Shown here one piece after another: positions 12,797 through 24,907 of a DNA stretch of 64,000 bases. The notes beneath the pieces were generated by a model that had not been told where the DNA came from, did no database searches, and saw only the letters and a list, made by a program, of their open reading frames with translations. Each line of letters begins with the position of its first letter. The stretch's first letter is position 1. The position numbers were made by a program, and so were the translations under genes. Source of the stretch: Psilocybe cubensis (lineage: Eukaryota); NCBI GenBank assembly GCA_017499595.2, contig CM039008.1:1488001-1552000 (forward strand), read 5' to 3'.

Positions 12797-13841
12797 TCAA
12801 ATTTCTACTACCACTTTAACCCCACTGACACCTTCCTTCTATTCTTCCAAGGCAAGCTGTAGCGAACCCAAGCCTTTCCCAATCACCTGAACTCGGGGGC
12901 TGGGTGAAAACTCCGCCCTCTCCAGCCTTTCCTTCAGCCAAACTCTGAAAACGAAATCGATTACTTCATCAAACTTTGGACCAGATGATGTAGGCGCGAC
13001 AAAGCCGATTTCTATGTCGTTAGTTTTAGGCGACTCCTCCGTCAACGCTGGAGCCGATGCGACTTTGGCGATTCCATTGCCCTTCACCCTTTGCAGAACC
13101 TTCAACGTATCTTGGAGGTCGCCAGTTGTGTGATATGCTAGTTGTACTGTCACACCATCTTCCTTTACGGCCTTGTCGATGTCGTCCATGAGTGTGTTGC
13201 TCCTATAATCAAATAATCAGTCTGCTCGTCTTCAGATAGTCGTGATGCTTTTTGCTTGCAGTGACATATGTGGTAAATCCGAGCAGTTTGGCAATTTGAA
13301 TGACCATCGTGCCGACGCTCGATGCACCACTCCAGATTAAGAGACCCTGTTTGTCGGACGGCTTGTATGGAGTGGTAGAAGTAGGGATTCCCAGCTGATA
13401 CACGATCCCGGTCCAAGCGGTTAAAAGAGCCATAGGAAGTATGCTTGCCTCGTTGAAGCTAACACGTCCATTTGGCAACGGGGTTACAAAATGGTCTGGG
13501 ACCAGTACACGTTCTTGGAAAGCACCATAATTGGGAGAGCCGTTTAAGAGGAAGGTTGGGGCAAATGCAGAGACGCGAGTTCCCGGCTTGAGCTCCAGAG
13601 AGACAGAGGATCCCACCTCAATAATTGTTCCTCCTACATCAGAGCCAATAATGGCGGGGAAAACGTCAATATGGAAGCCAGTGTAACGTTGAAAATAGTC
13701 GAGTGGGTTGACTGCGACCGATTTGACTTCAATTAGGACTTCATTTGGTCCTGGAGTGGGAGTACTTCGAGGCTCGATGACAAATGGCGCGCCGACCGAT
13801 GGGACCATTGCCGCAAGATGTTGACGAGAGGTGTTGGGCAT
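12797..13841 (-). pseudogene. Disrupted tandem paralog of the MDR/enoyl reductase
   Basis: Collinear with 11305-12351 but carries a frameshift near 13226, a TGA at 13217-13219 where the intact copy has Arg, and a TAG at 12839-12841 where it has Trp. The natural end KVVVEI* is at 12797. Confidence 0.85.
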
Positions 13842-16564
13842 GTTGTTATATGCGATGAAAAGTTAGAGAATCTTGTTGTCTGGTAGTTTCTGTAATCGAT
13901 TCAGTATTCATCTACCAGGCTTTATAGGTTACCGAGAAGACTAAAACATAGAGAATCGATAATTACTGAAAGCGGGTGGCGACATAATCGCAGCCAATAC
14001 AAGTGGTAGTAAGCGGCGTCGGAAGTGCAGTGATTCGGAAAGAGCACCGGTAAACTCAAATTTAGTGATGTCATGACTCAAGAGCAAACACCAGATGTCA
14101 ATTTTATCAACATCTTTGGGAACAGTGCTCGGATAACCTTCGCGGCAGGCTGGACCAGCGAGAGAGCTCCCTTGTTGATGAAACGTAGATCATCGTTTGT
14201 GGTGAGTCAGCGAGTGCTTGGCTCTGCCTATTATTAGAACTTTTGCTTCGTGGAGCCGCCTTCAAAATTCAAACCTGCCTTGCTTTTTGAACTTGAAAGT
14301 TTCAAGCTTCACCAGTCACTTTTAACGTCCATCACCAAATCTATCAAGAAAGCCAGATTGCTTAAACATCACGCGAAGCTTAACCTTGCGTCACAATCCA
14401 CATAAAAAATTGATTGTTAAGACAGAAAGTCGAGAAAGTACAAAGACTAGAGTGAAGACATATAGAGAAAGAAAAAGGGGAGGAAAGAGACGAGGGAGAT
14501 TCCAGAAACATTGTAAGACAGAGACGAGTAGGAAAAAACAAATCAAAAGAAGAGAAAAGGTCTACGGTTAGAATGGTAAGTAGAGAAAATAATTATGTCT
14601 CAAGACTGTCCATGTCAAAGTCTAAATATGATGACATGAACGAGCCGAGAGGTAAGTAGTAGGTAAGTATCTATCAGCCGGAATGATAAGTTGACAGGTC
14701 TCCAGAGGAGATCGAGCCAACTGAGGGGTTTGAACCTTTTTTTTTTGCTTTTCTTCGTGAATAATGATGAAATGTGATGGTACTGGTGAAATAGCCCCAA
14801 TCCAAGGAGGGAGATGCGAGTTGTGATCAACAGCGAGGCTGAACGAGGGTATTGATGTCATGAGCCAACTAGAGCCAGGAGGACATCAAGACAGTACAGG
14901 TAGTGCATCAGATGGTACGAGACAAGACAGTAAAGCGAATAACCGAGAGACCGAGCGAGAGTTGTCAACGATGAGGGCCAGTAAGCCATCATCGAAGTGA
15001 TTGGACACTGGATGTGGCCAAAGTGAACGCGGGATGTTTGTTGGTCGTGATCGAAGGCAATTCGGCGCTGCAGACGAAAAGGAGGCAACCCTTAGGCCCT
15101 TCGTCTTCGATTCACAGAAGCAAAGAAGTCAACACTCGTCAGCGTTGCTCCCTCACCCTGCGCAATCGAACATCGCAAGGCCCGCCGTGAAGGCTGGATA
15201 ACTCGTCAGCCATCCAGCCAGCCCGGAAAAGCCTTGCGATGCCGTAGAAAAATCGTCTCGTCAGACGACCTTTCCACAGACGAAACGGAACACTGGAAAG
15301 CCCGTCGACTTCCCAGGAACCCTAAGCCACCGAGATGATGCCAAATTTGTTCCGTCCTACGCAAACGCGTATGAAATTACCTGAAGAAAATCACATTAGA
15401 TTTAGAAAAACATACATATGCACAGATTATGACAACTTACCCATATGATAACGGTGATTACATGTCCATTTCCGATGGACAAAAAAATTTGGTAGGGGGC
15501 GCGTTGGTGGATAAATAAATGTAGAGGGTTTCAATCTCTAAGCACGTAGAAAGCAATGATGAACACCTGTAAGACATCAAAAATACAACGTAGCGTACCT
15601 CCTTAGCCAACTGAGGGTAACGTCATGGAACAGAGAAGATATTAGCCCCGCCTAGAGAATTGTTTCCGGGGACGTTCGAGTTGGTGGGTAACCGTGAAAT
15701 GTGTTCGATTTGGAGTGACAATGCCTCCATTGCATTATATTACGTGGCAGAGGCCTCCCCGCTCGTTGTAGAGATCTGAAAGTCGAGTCAGACGCGCATA
15801 CATTGACATAAAATCATCAAAAGTACGCACGCTTTTTGTTGTTTACTATGTGCAGGATCGATAGAGCCAGTTCGAAGATTCGCAATCCAAGAAGAGTAAC
15901 AGAAATTTGCCAGAGCGTATTTGGCAGATTCTGTAGTCATAAGAACGTCTCAAAGGACAGATAGGCAGCGTTGCAGAGAGTTTACAAGCTGCTTAGATGT
16001 TATGCGAAAGAGAAAGTGGTCTGAATCTGATCATCGTGATCAGCAGCGTAATTATGCATCAAGAAAGGAAGTACTCACCTAAAAGAGTCCTGATTTAATC
16101 ACCAAACGTGTACGTGTATCCAATGGAGAAGACCATATGGTGGGTCCAGCCACAGTAACAGAAGAGCTCGAGACAAGATATGAACAAAACCAGATAAAGA
16201 AGCTAGATGCAAGATGTTCCAAGAGGAGGCTGGACGAGGATAAGAAATAACCACCCGTTACGAGATTTAACAGATAATAGAGATCTCCATGTCCAATCCA
16301 ATGCTGATGGTAGCCAAGAATTCGAGTAAACAATAGATCCAAAGGATAGACGTCGAGAAAATACATCGTTGAGAAAAAACGAAAATAAAATCCAATGATA
16401 CAAATCGAGAGACAGAAAAAGGCCAGAGTTCAAATTGAGGACCGCAGATAATTCGCGAAGCTCGAGAAGCCAAAGAACAAAACAGGGTTTGGAGGCCAGG
16501 GGCGGTAGATTGTAGAAAGGTCAAGAGACGAAGGTAAAAAAAAAACCAATTTCTTTGATGTTGT

Positions 16565-18195
16565 TCAGTCTTCAGCGTTGCCCGAATCGCCTTGGAGAGA
16601 AACAGAGATAGGAAGAAGTAGTGGGCGAAGGCCTGTGAGAGAATGCCCATTGTGGTCATTGTGGTTGGCCTGCTGGCGCTCCTTGGCAATAGCCAAAAGA
16701 GGAGCAGCGTAAGTACAAACATATAGTTGTTCTCGCCCGCAAACATTTTGACGACGCTCTCGGGAGCGTAAAATGGCTGTCGATATCTCGGAAAACATTG
16801 CATTATCGGAGTCGTCGTCATCGTCATCGTCATTGCCGTCCTCATCCTCGAGAATGAATGAAGTTTTGTCCTCGTGTTCTCCGCCCTCCTCGTATTGCCC
16901 GCCAATGTCGTGGACTTTAGAATCGACAGCGACAATGTTGGCAAGCTCTGGAGAAGAGACTGACTCGTCTTGGGAAATGTAAGAGTCTTGAGAGTACACT
17001 GATATAGAATCTGCCACAGAAGGAGAGGACTCAGGAAGTTCCAACTCCATGATGTGATAGACGGCATCTTCTTCCTCAATCATGGGCAAAACAGAGTTGT
17101 GGATGTAGTATAAACGTTGAATGCGTGCTTTCCCCTTCGGTCGTCGAACAGGCATGCCATTGGCGTCCATGGTGTACCTTGGGGTGGTAGAATGTTTGAC
17201 AACATGCTTGGAGATTGACCAGCCCTTCATGGGCATGCGAGTTTGGGTGACTATATAAATCATCAGATAATGAGCGTATAGTTCAAAACATTTTGGTACT
17301 ACCTGTTGACTTCGGTCGCTCAGAGAGATGTGGGAGAACGACCTTCTTGTGGGGAGGGACAACAAGAGACTTGGTCCCACAGAATGTCTCTTTGCTTGAC
17401 CGGCGGTCAATTTTGTTCAATGGAAGTAGACGACGAACCGCAGAACGATTGTGGCCAACAGCAGCGGCATCGGCCAAAATGCTTTTGTTGGAATCCGCAA
17501 AGTAGAAGTTGAGGTCATTGATATTGTGTGTGGTCGGTCCAATGTTCATAAACTTTTCCGCATAGAACGAGCTTCGGCATTCACCAAAAGGATCGGTGTC
17601 TTTTACCATGACTCGCTCGGAGGAATTCTCGAAATCGGCGATATTCCGAGCAGCGGTTGACTTGGTGTTCTTCATGAGAGCCACATCAAAGTAGTCAATG
17701 GGCGCTAGCGTGGGGTTAAAAGTGGCGGATCTTTCAATCGGGCCATTGAATGTCGCCCGCCCAACTGAGATCGAATCAACTTGCAGGCCAAACACTGTAG
17801 CGCCTTCGATAAAGCGACTGCCCGAGGATTGAGCGCGTTCAACGATGGAAGGGGAAATGCCCATCACGTCCGCGTAGTCAGATATAATATCTTCTTCCAT
17901 GGCTTCGCGTGTGGCGTTGATGCATAATATTGCTTTTTGGAAAAACTCGAGGACTGGACATGGCATAAGAGAACGCGTCAAAGCAGAAACAAATGGACCT
18001 ACGCGTTCCACGCGACCTCAATTTCCTTTCAGGGACGCGTTTTTCGGACGCGTGAGGATCAGGGCAAACCAGATTAGGCGCGTCAAGTCCCTCGAAGCCT
18101 CCTTCACTGGATGGCCCACATTTTTTGAAAGGGCGGGCAATGTTGAACAGCCTTTGGAAGCCTTTGGAAGATCTTGTTACTTTAGAGAGGTCCAT
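16565..18195 (-). CDS. Hypothetical protein with acidic/low-complexity tract, 5' structure uncertain
   Basis: ORFs 17283-18011 and 16565-17410 join in frame through a GT...TAG intron (~17251-17302). No domain recognised. The link to the ATG at 18195 needs a frameshift or an unseen intron. Confidence 0.35.
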
Positions 18196-18847
18196 ATTTG
18201 ATATTTGAGGGATGAAAAGTCGGGATGGGGTTTCACAAATATGAGGTAGATGAAAATAAAAGAGCCGCATTAAGCGTGATATCCTGAATTTATAGGACTG
18301 AAAGTTGTACGGGTCGAGCCATGGTCGATCGTAAAACATGTCCACACACATTAGCAAAGCAAAATTGTGAGACAGTGGGCCATTTTTCCTTGAGCGTTCA
18401 GTGATAAATCACTGTTGTATTGCTTCTTTTTTGTGATATAGGCAACACATGTCTGATGAAACTGCGTAGTGGACTTTGTATAACATCGTGGAAATGAGAT
18501 GCAAGAGATGCCCAGATCCCATAGCGCAGTATTGAAAAACCTGCAATAACAAAAGAGTCAGGTACATTGAAGTTTTCCAAATCTTCCCTGTAGAAGTCCA
18601 GGATGAATCGCCGTATAGTCTTATTGGCAATGTTCGAGATATGACAGTGGTGGAGGCTGGAGCGAGAGTTATCGACGCCAAGCATGAGCAATGATGGGTG
18701 CTTGATCCGGGTCCGACTATCCTTCCGAAAGATACACAGCCAAACAGAGAACAAATCTTTCCAGTACAGGCAGTACTCGATTTGTTTTGGACTTAATCAT
18801 CATTGTTGACAGTAAATCGAACTGTCTCTGCCATTTACAGCCCAACC

Positions 18848-19685
18848 ATGATAACTGATGAAAGTCAACGAAAGTGCATACGCATCACTGGACATGGAAA
18901 AATGAAGCAATGGGTCGCCAATTCACTTGCCTTCCTGGAGGTGCGTTGCATGCTATCCAACACTTTTCGTCGAATCAAATCATTTCCATTCTCTTTCTTC
19001 AGAGTTCAGACGAAAACAAATTACTAATATTTCATACCCTGCCTTCTGAATTAGACCCCCTGATGAGTCTTGGAGAAGAATCTGGCAAACAAGTAACCCA
19101 CAAAGCTGCTTCCACGTCGACAGACCTTATTCCACGGTTAATATCAGTTGTTGAGATCATCAAACGCGAATACGTGAAAAATTTAGAATCGAAGCACACA
19201 ATACGCATGACTGGACTGCATCAATACAACGAAATGGGAAGCCTACAGGCGCTAGGAGTTAGGGTTACGCCAGCAGAAGGTGCATTCGAGGAAACGGCTG
19301 AAGTTACTAGGTCGCGGACAATAATTCAGGCCCTTGAAGGAAAGAATCAGTGAGTACTTCTTTTTAATTTCTCGTTCTCACTTAAACTTTCGCACCAAAG
19401 CCCACGACAAAGCCGAACCCCTTTCATGCGCGTAACATTATCCCTTACTGAACTCCCCGAGTTAATTGAAAATGGCGCTACGTACATGAATTCCTACCCA
19501 TAATTGGTCGTCCATTAACTCGCAGCAGATATCAACCTCCAACAAAACGAAATATGTCTAGATCAGCAAAAATGCGAGCGAAGAAACGGGTGAAGAAAGC
19601 CAAAGCCGTTGCCGCTGCCGCCGAGGTCGATAACGTCGATATGGCCGTCGATTGTACGTCTCAGGGTAAACCTACAAATCTGTAA
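18848..19685 (+). CDS. Alba-like DNA/RNA-binding protein (Rpp20/Rpp25/Pop6-7 fold family)
   Basis: Spliced IRITGHGKMKQWVANSLAFL...IPRLISVVEIIKREY...GLHQYNEMG...TPFMRVTLSLTELP...ATYQPP, followed by a basic tail. Confidence 0.65.
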
Positions 19686-20031
19686 CGAACTGTTAGTTTT
19701 ACTTTTCGATTGTGACAGTGTGCTCAATCCCGTTCATCATACGAATTATTTACATACTAATCTGTGACCTTTGACTAGAGTCCAGTTTGTAGCGTCTTAC
19801 GTCTGCATTTCACACATACTTGAAGCTGCATCCGGACTCATGAGAGTATCCCTTCTCCTCCATTTTGTCCTCTAATTTTTTCTTCAGAATGTCGGGGTAT
19901 ACCTGAGACTCTTTTCATAGAGTCTACTCGCTCACAACCTGGACTGACGCGTAATGTCACGACACGTGGTGCTGTCACAGTCTCTTGTACCGTATGCAAA
20001 TATTGCTATGAACGCTGCCATTGACATATAA

Positions 20032-23000
20032 TTAATCACGTCCAGAATACGTGTCCAGGAAAGCTCGTAAATCCCGAGCGGCAATACCATCTTCCTTCCA
20101 TGCATTCGAAAGTTTCGCCTGCACGGCCTCGGCATTTTTGCGCAGTTCCACTCCCTTCGGACCACGACATGCGTCAATCACCTCCCTTATCTCGATGCCC
20201 ACAGCCTCCCTGGTACCTTTAGGCGCGCGGCCCAATCTGTACAGAGGCTTGAGTCCCGATTCTCCTGTCCTGATCTCAATCAGTTCGAATGACACTTTGA
20301 GATTCTCCGTAAGGTGGGCGGCGGCAGCTGGCTGATCCGCGTTGAAGGGCCATATTACCCTGGAAAACATTGTGGTCAGGATGCAGTTTAGAAAAACATT
20401 CAATGGAAGTGCTGTACAGAGGTATAGCATTGCTCAATGATTCAACGATGCTGCCGTTACCGCCATGACTGAGGAACCATCCAGTGGCCTATGTCGCAAA
20501 AGATACTCAAGATATTAGATTTATGTCAGAAGCATGGAATTAAAAAAATATACCTGATGACTTAAGATATATGGCTGTGGTGCCCACTTCGACAGCAGCC
20601 CAACGCCCGAAGAGTTGACCTTGGCTACCAGCTTGTCTGACAAGGTTGCAGCAGGCGAAGCATATGCGAATATCTGGGCGATATCACGTTAATTCATAAC
20701 CCAATGTGATTAAAATAACTAACAAATGGAAATTGCTTCTCTAACAGAGCATCAATTACTTCTTCTACATAGTCAGGGGCTGTAGGCCAAAATGCCGTGC
20801 CAAATGATATCTAAAGTGAAAGTGGCTCGGATTAACGCTGAAAGAGAACTTGAAAACGAAGTCTCACATATATTACTGATTTCCCTCCAAACCTTCGAAG
20901 CTTGTCGTCTAGAAATATCTCAATTTCTCCATGACTTTTGGAGACAGTGGCATCGAATGCTGGGGATGGAGCTAAAAGTGGGCCTACGACATACATTTCC
21001 TTTTCTAGGTTGCCCCAGAAGGATTTTGCAGCGTCTATTGAAACCTCCTCAAGCGCATATGGGGACGCGGCAATAATGCCTTGGGCCTCTTTCAAAAACC
21101 TAGACACAGCGTATGTCACTATCTTCCATTTTAGCTATGAAGAAAAAAATGTGCATACTTTGCTGATGCCGCTAGAATTTTAAAAACAGGGCTAGTCGTT
21201 GCGGGCTGAGAATATTTAGAGGAGCTGGGGTCTAACTTGAAACTAAAGCAGTACCTTTTGGGGGCAAAATTCGTAGTCATACATAGCAGGAAGACCCGGA
21301 ATTTTCAGTAACTTTCCTTCGCCTTCAAACAAGATCTTTGACAAGTAACGAGTGAATGAAAATATTTGTCTGCGCATGATGCCGTCAAAAGAATGTACCT
21401 TTAAACCTGCCTCCGAGGTCGTTACCCCAGTGAGGGTAGCTTCCGCCGCAGCCCTGGACTCAAACTCTCCGAGGCCCCCGATTGTGTCGTCCCCAAAGAA
21501 ACGAATGAAGGTAGACACACCACCCGACATCCAGGTAAGTACTGGGACGGTGGAACCGCTGATGCCTTGAGTAATTCTGAACTCTGCCAGACAAAATAAC
21601 TAATAGGCGTGTTGTCAGATTGTAAGCTTGAATAAGGGATATACTTCACATACATCGAGAACAACTGCTGCGGGTACAGGAAGGGCATCGAAGACCGTGC
21701 CTTTAACGGCGCATGTAACCGGCTTTGCTTCGTAGAGGAGTCGATAGTATCGCCCATAAGCTGCAGTGGATTTCCCCCAGATTTCTGGCATTGTTCCGCT
21801 TGCGTCCTGGAACGTAGAAAGTAATCTGCACACACACTGAGTTTCAATTCAACATTTTCATTAAATGTTAAAACCTGATGCGTTTGAACGCTTTAGTTTG
21901 TGGTGTTCCGGTATGGCTGCCCAAGTGGGGAAATATTCCCCGTAAACTTATTTAGGTATTTTTCTTACTGCGTGAATTTGTAAAAAATATGTTGGAGCGC
22001 GGAAACATTTTTTGATTGCGCAGATTGTTTTCTAGCTTAGCCGTAAATATATTTGATTGCGCGGAAACATATTTGACTGCGTGGAAACATATTTTGGACA
22101 TATTTTGCTAGCGCACGTAAATTTTTACTGCCCTCAATTATATTTAATGCATAAATCTCATGCGCGTAGAAACATTTGAGCCCCAAACAAATCTTTCGAT
22201 GCGCGGAAAACATTGTTCAGTTGCACTATTTCTAGCCTAAAGTGACCAGCCGTTATGCCGAGATTATGTAAAATGATCTAACATGGCACCTCGGCACATC
22301 AAAACAACTTCAAGCTCCGACAGTTGTATACACAATGCATGTTTATTCTATCTATTACTGCCTTCTAGGACAAAATAACAATTTCTGCAGTGCTTTACAT
22401 GTAACATTAGCACATTCCCAGTTGTTCTGGGGTCTCCCCATTAGTGGTGCAGCTAGTGCGCCATTTCAGACATCTCTAGCATTGTGTGAAAAAACCTCAT
22501 CAATCGTGGGAAAGACATCAATCAGTGCATTCTTGAGCGCATTTGTGCATTTGGAGAGCCGGGAATAGGAGAATAAGATTGCAAAGCATGGTAAGATATG
22601 TATTACATAGATATCCATGAGAATATGTCAAAATATTACCCACAACTACTGTGTACAAAGTAAAGTATTAGCAACGGCCATCACAATTGCGCATCAGTGG
22701 CTGTGCAAGAAAGCGACACTTCACGTTCAAGCAACGTTCACGGCGATTTCAAGACGATTATCCCACATTACTTGATTAAAACAACAATAATATATCTCAA
22801 AAGAGTGTAGATTAGATATACTAAGAAATTTGTAATTAAATGAATGTGGGTTAGCCTTGCAATACACAATCCTCAATATCACTGTCAGGTGGAGCTTGAA
22901 CTCGTTTAGGTGTGCCGAGGTGCCATTTTAGATCATTTTACATAATCTCGGCATAACGGCTGGTCACTTTGGGCTAGAAATAGTACAACTGAACAATGTT

Positions 23001-23507
23001 TTCCGCGCATCGAAAAATTTGTTTGCAGCACAAAATGTATCTACGCGCACAGGGTTTATGCATTAAATATAATTGAGGGCAGTAGAAATTTATGTGCGCT
23101 GGCAAAATATGCCCAAAATATGTTTCCGCGCAGTCAAATATTTTTATGGCTAACCTAAAAAACAATCTGCGCACTCAAAAAATGTTTCCGCGCTCCAACA
23201 TAGTTTTTACAGATTCACGCAATAAGAAAAAAACCTAAACAAGTTTACGGGGAATATTTCCCCACTTGGGCAGCCATATTCCGGAAGATTGCGCAGAAAC
23301 TTCCGCAAAAGCCTTGTCTAGAAGGTTTGGTGCAACCATGATGGTCAGAATAGCAGATTCGCGTTCCTGAACGATTCGTGTTGCAAATATGCAAAGAGGT
23401 TTGACATGTCCTATAAGCAAGTTGACGTTAACTTGAGTAAGGTAGAATTAAACCCATGTCTCACCCCATTGAGGTGTTGTGGACAAAAGATAATGAACAA
23501 CAGGCAT
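20032..23507 (-). pseudogene. UDP-glycosyltransferase (GT1) interrupted by a transposon in exon 2
   Basis: N-terminal PQWG|HVKPL, ISFGTAFWP, and PSPG box WAPQPYILSHQ|ATGWFLSHGGNGSIVESL...WPFNADQP. The frame is broken by the 21912-23278 insertion. Confidence 0.85.
21912..23278. mobile_element. Non-autonomous DNA transposon (foldback/MITE-like), 1,367 bp, ~400-bp TIRs, 6-bp TSD TTCCGG
   Basis: Ends are TATGGCTGCCCAAGTGGGGAAATATTCCCCGTAAACTT... and ...AAGTTTACGGGGAATATTTCCCCACTTGGGCAGCCATA. Imperfect inverted arms span 21912-22318 and 22891-23278. TTCCGG lies at 21906-21911 and 23279-23284. No internal ORF of note. Confidence 0.93.
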
Positions 23508-24907
23508 TGAGTCGAAAACAATGATTTGGGATGTGGTGAAGGCCTGACTCTAAAGTGTCTCGCGGGTTTTTATACCAAAGGCGAATTATGCGTGAAGAAT
23601 GCGGCATTCAAAAACTGAAATGGTCGCTTTTTGCTTTAATCCCATGTTTCAGAGGTATTCTAAGAGCATCATCACCTTCCTGTTATTGGCTAGAGAAAGG
23701 AGATGATCCTTCAGATTCTAGATTAGTGCAAGTCCAATGACCGACATTTAATGGCTGTCGCGCTCGCGCAGACTGAGAGACTGATGTTTGACGAACGGCC
23801 ATCATGATAGGAGATCCAGCCTTACTTTTGTGACTAAATATCAGGGCGCAGATAGACTCTTTGGAGTAAAACTGAAGAACCACGAGACGCGATCCTGGTA
23901 ACATCGAGAGGTTAGCCGCGGTATATGCATATGGCTTGCGTCAGAGATCGGCAGCGTAGGCTGATCGAATTCACGGAAGTGGTTTGCGGTGATCGACCTG
24001 TCGGTCCTCGGGTAAAAAGGGTAGCTGGTTTAGAACTTTGAGAAAAGGAAGGTTGCCAGAGACGCATTGGTACAATATACATCAAGTACAATGCAACTGC
24101 GGGTTAAAACTTGAAGTCAACATTTATATTTAACCTTTACGGTTCATCGTGATCACATACCGCTCATCCATGTCAGATTCCATGCCATCAGCAAGCAAAG
24201 AGTAAGCTGGAGATTGCCAGTGCTTCGTTGTTATGTCTTCGTGAGTTTTCATTTAGAGTATACCACATGGTGGTCTTTATCAATATGTATCGGATATTCA
24301 ATCGGAATTTGAACATTCCGTTTAATTCTTGTCAATTTCCACGGTCTTTCCACAGCCACTGAACGAGCCTCAGCTGCTGCGATTATTATGCTTACGTCCA
24401 CTTTACGTTTATACTTGGATTCCACATTGAAGATGAGCTCTACGAGGCGAAATAGGTGAATTCATTCTACCAACTTGATAACTTATCAGCGCTTTGTAAA
24501 GGGGTACAAACGTCACTGAATATCCACGACTCTCGGCCCATACTGTACACCGCTGCAACTTCTGGGTTGATATTCCCATACAGATTACACTGGTACTCAT
24601 CATTGTGAAAACAGCTCCATCGTGTCCAACTCGTTGTCTAAATTCGTTAATTAATTTTGGATTGCCCCTCCGGTATACCGTTTGGCAACTTTTGCCGTTC
24701 CAAGTATGGTGACCCGACAACGTATCCCGGTATTCCGGGCAGCGATCTACATCGCTTTCGTGTGACTATCCTGCCTTGGTGGAGTTCTTCATAACGGCGC
24801 GAGGGACGGATACCGAGTGCCCTTGACATTGATTCCACCTTCGCTCTTCTCACTGCTACCACCACTATCGTATAGGGAACTTTCATTGCTGCCCTCCGCA
24901 GTTAACG

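Noticed and set aside
21912-23278. Tc1/mariner reading with TA target duplication
   Set aside because: It would leave 8 extra bases in the glycosyltransferase exon and break the frame, whereas the 6-bp TSD restores it.
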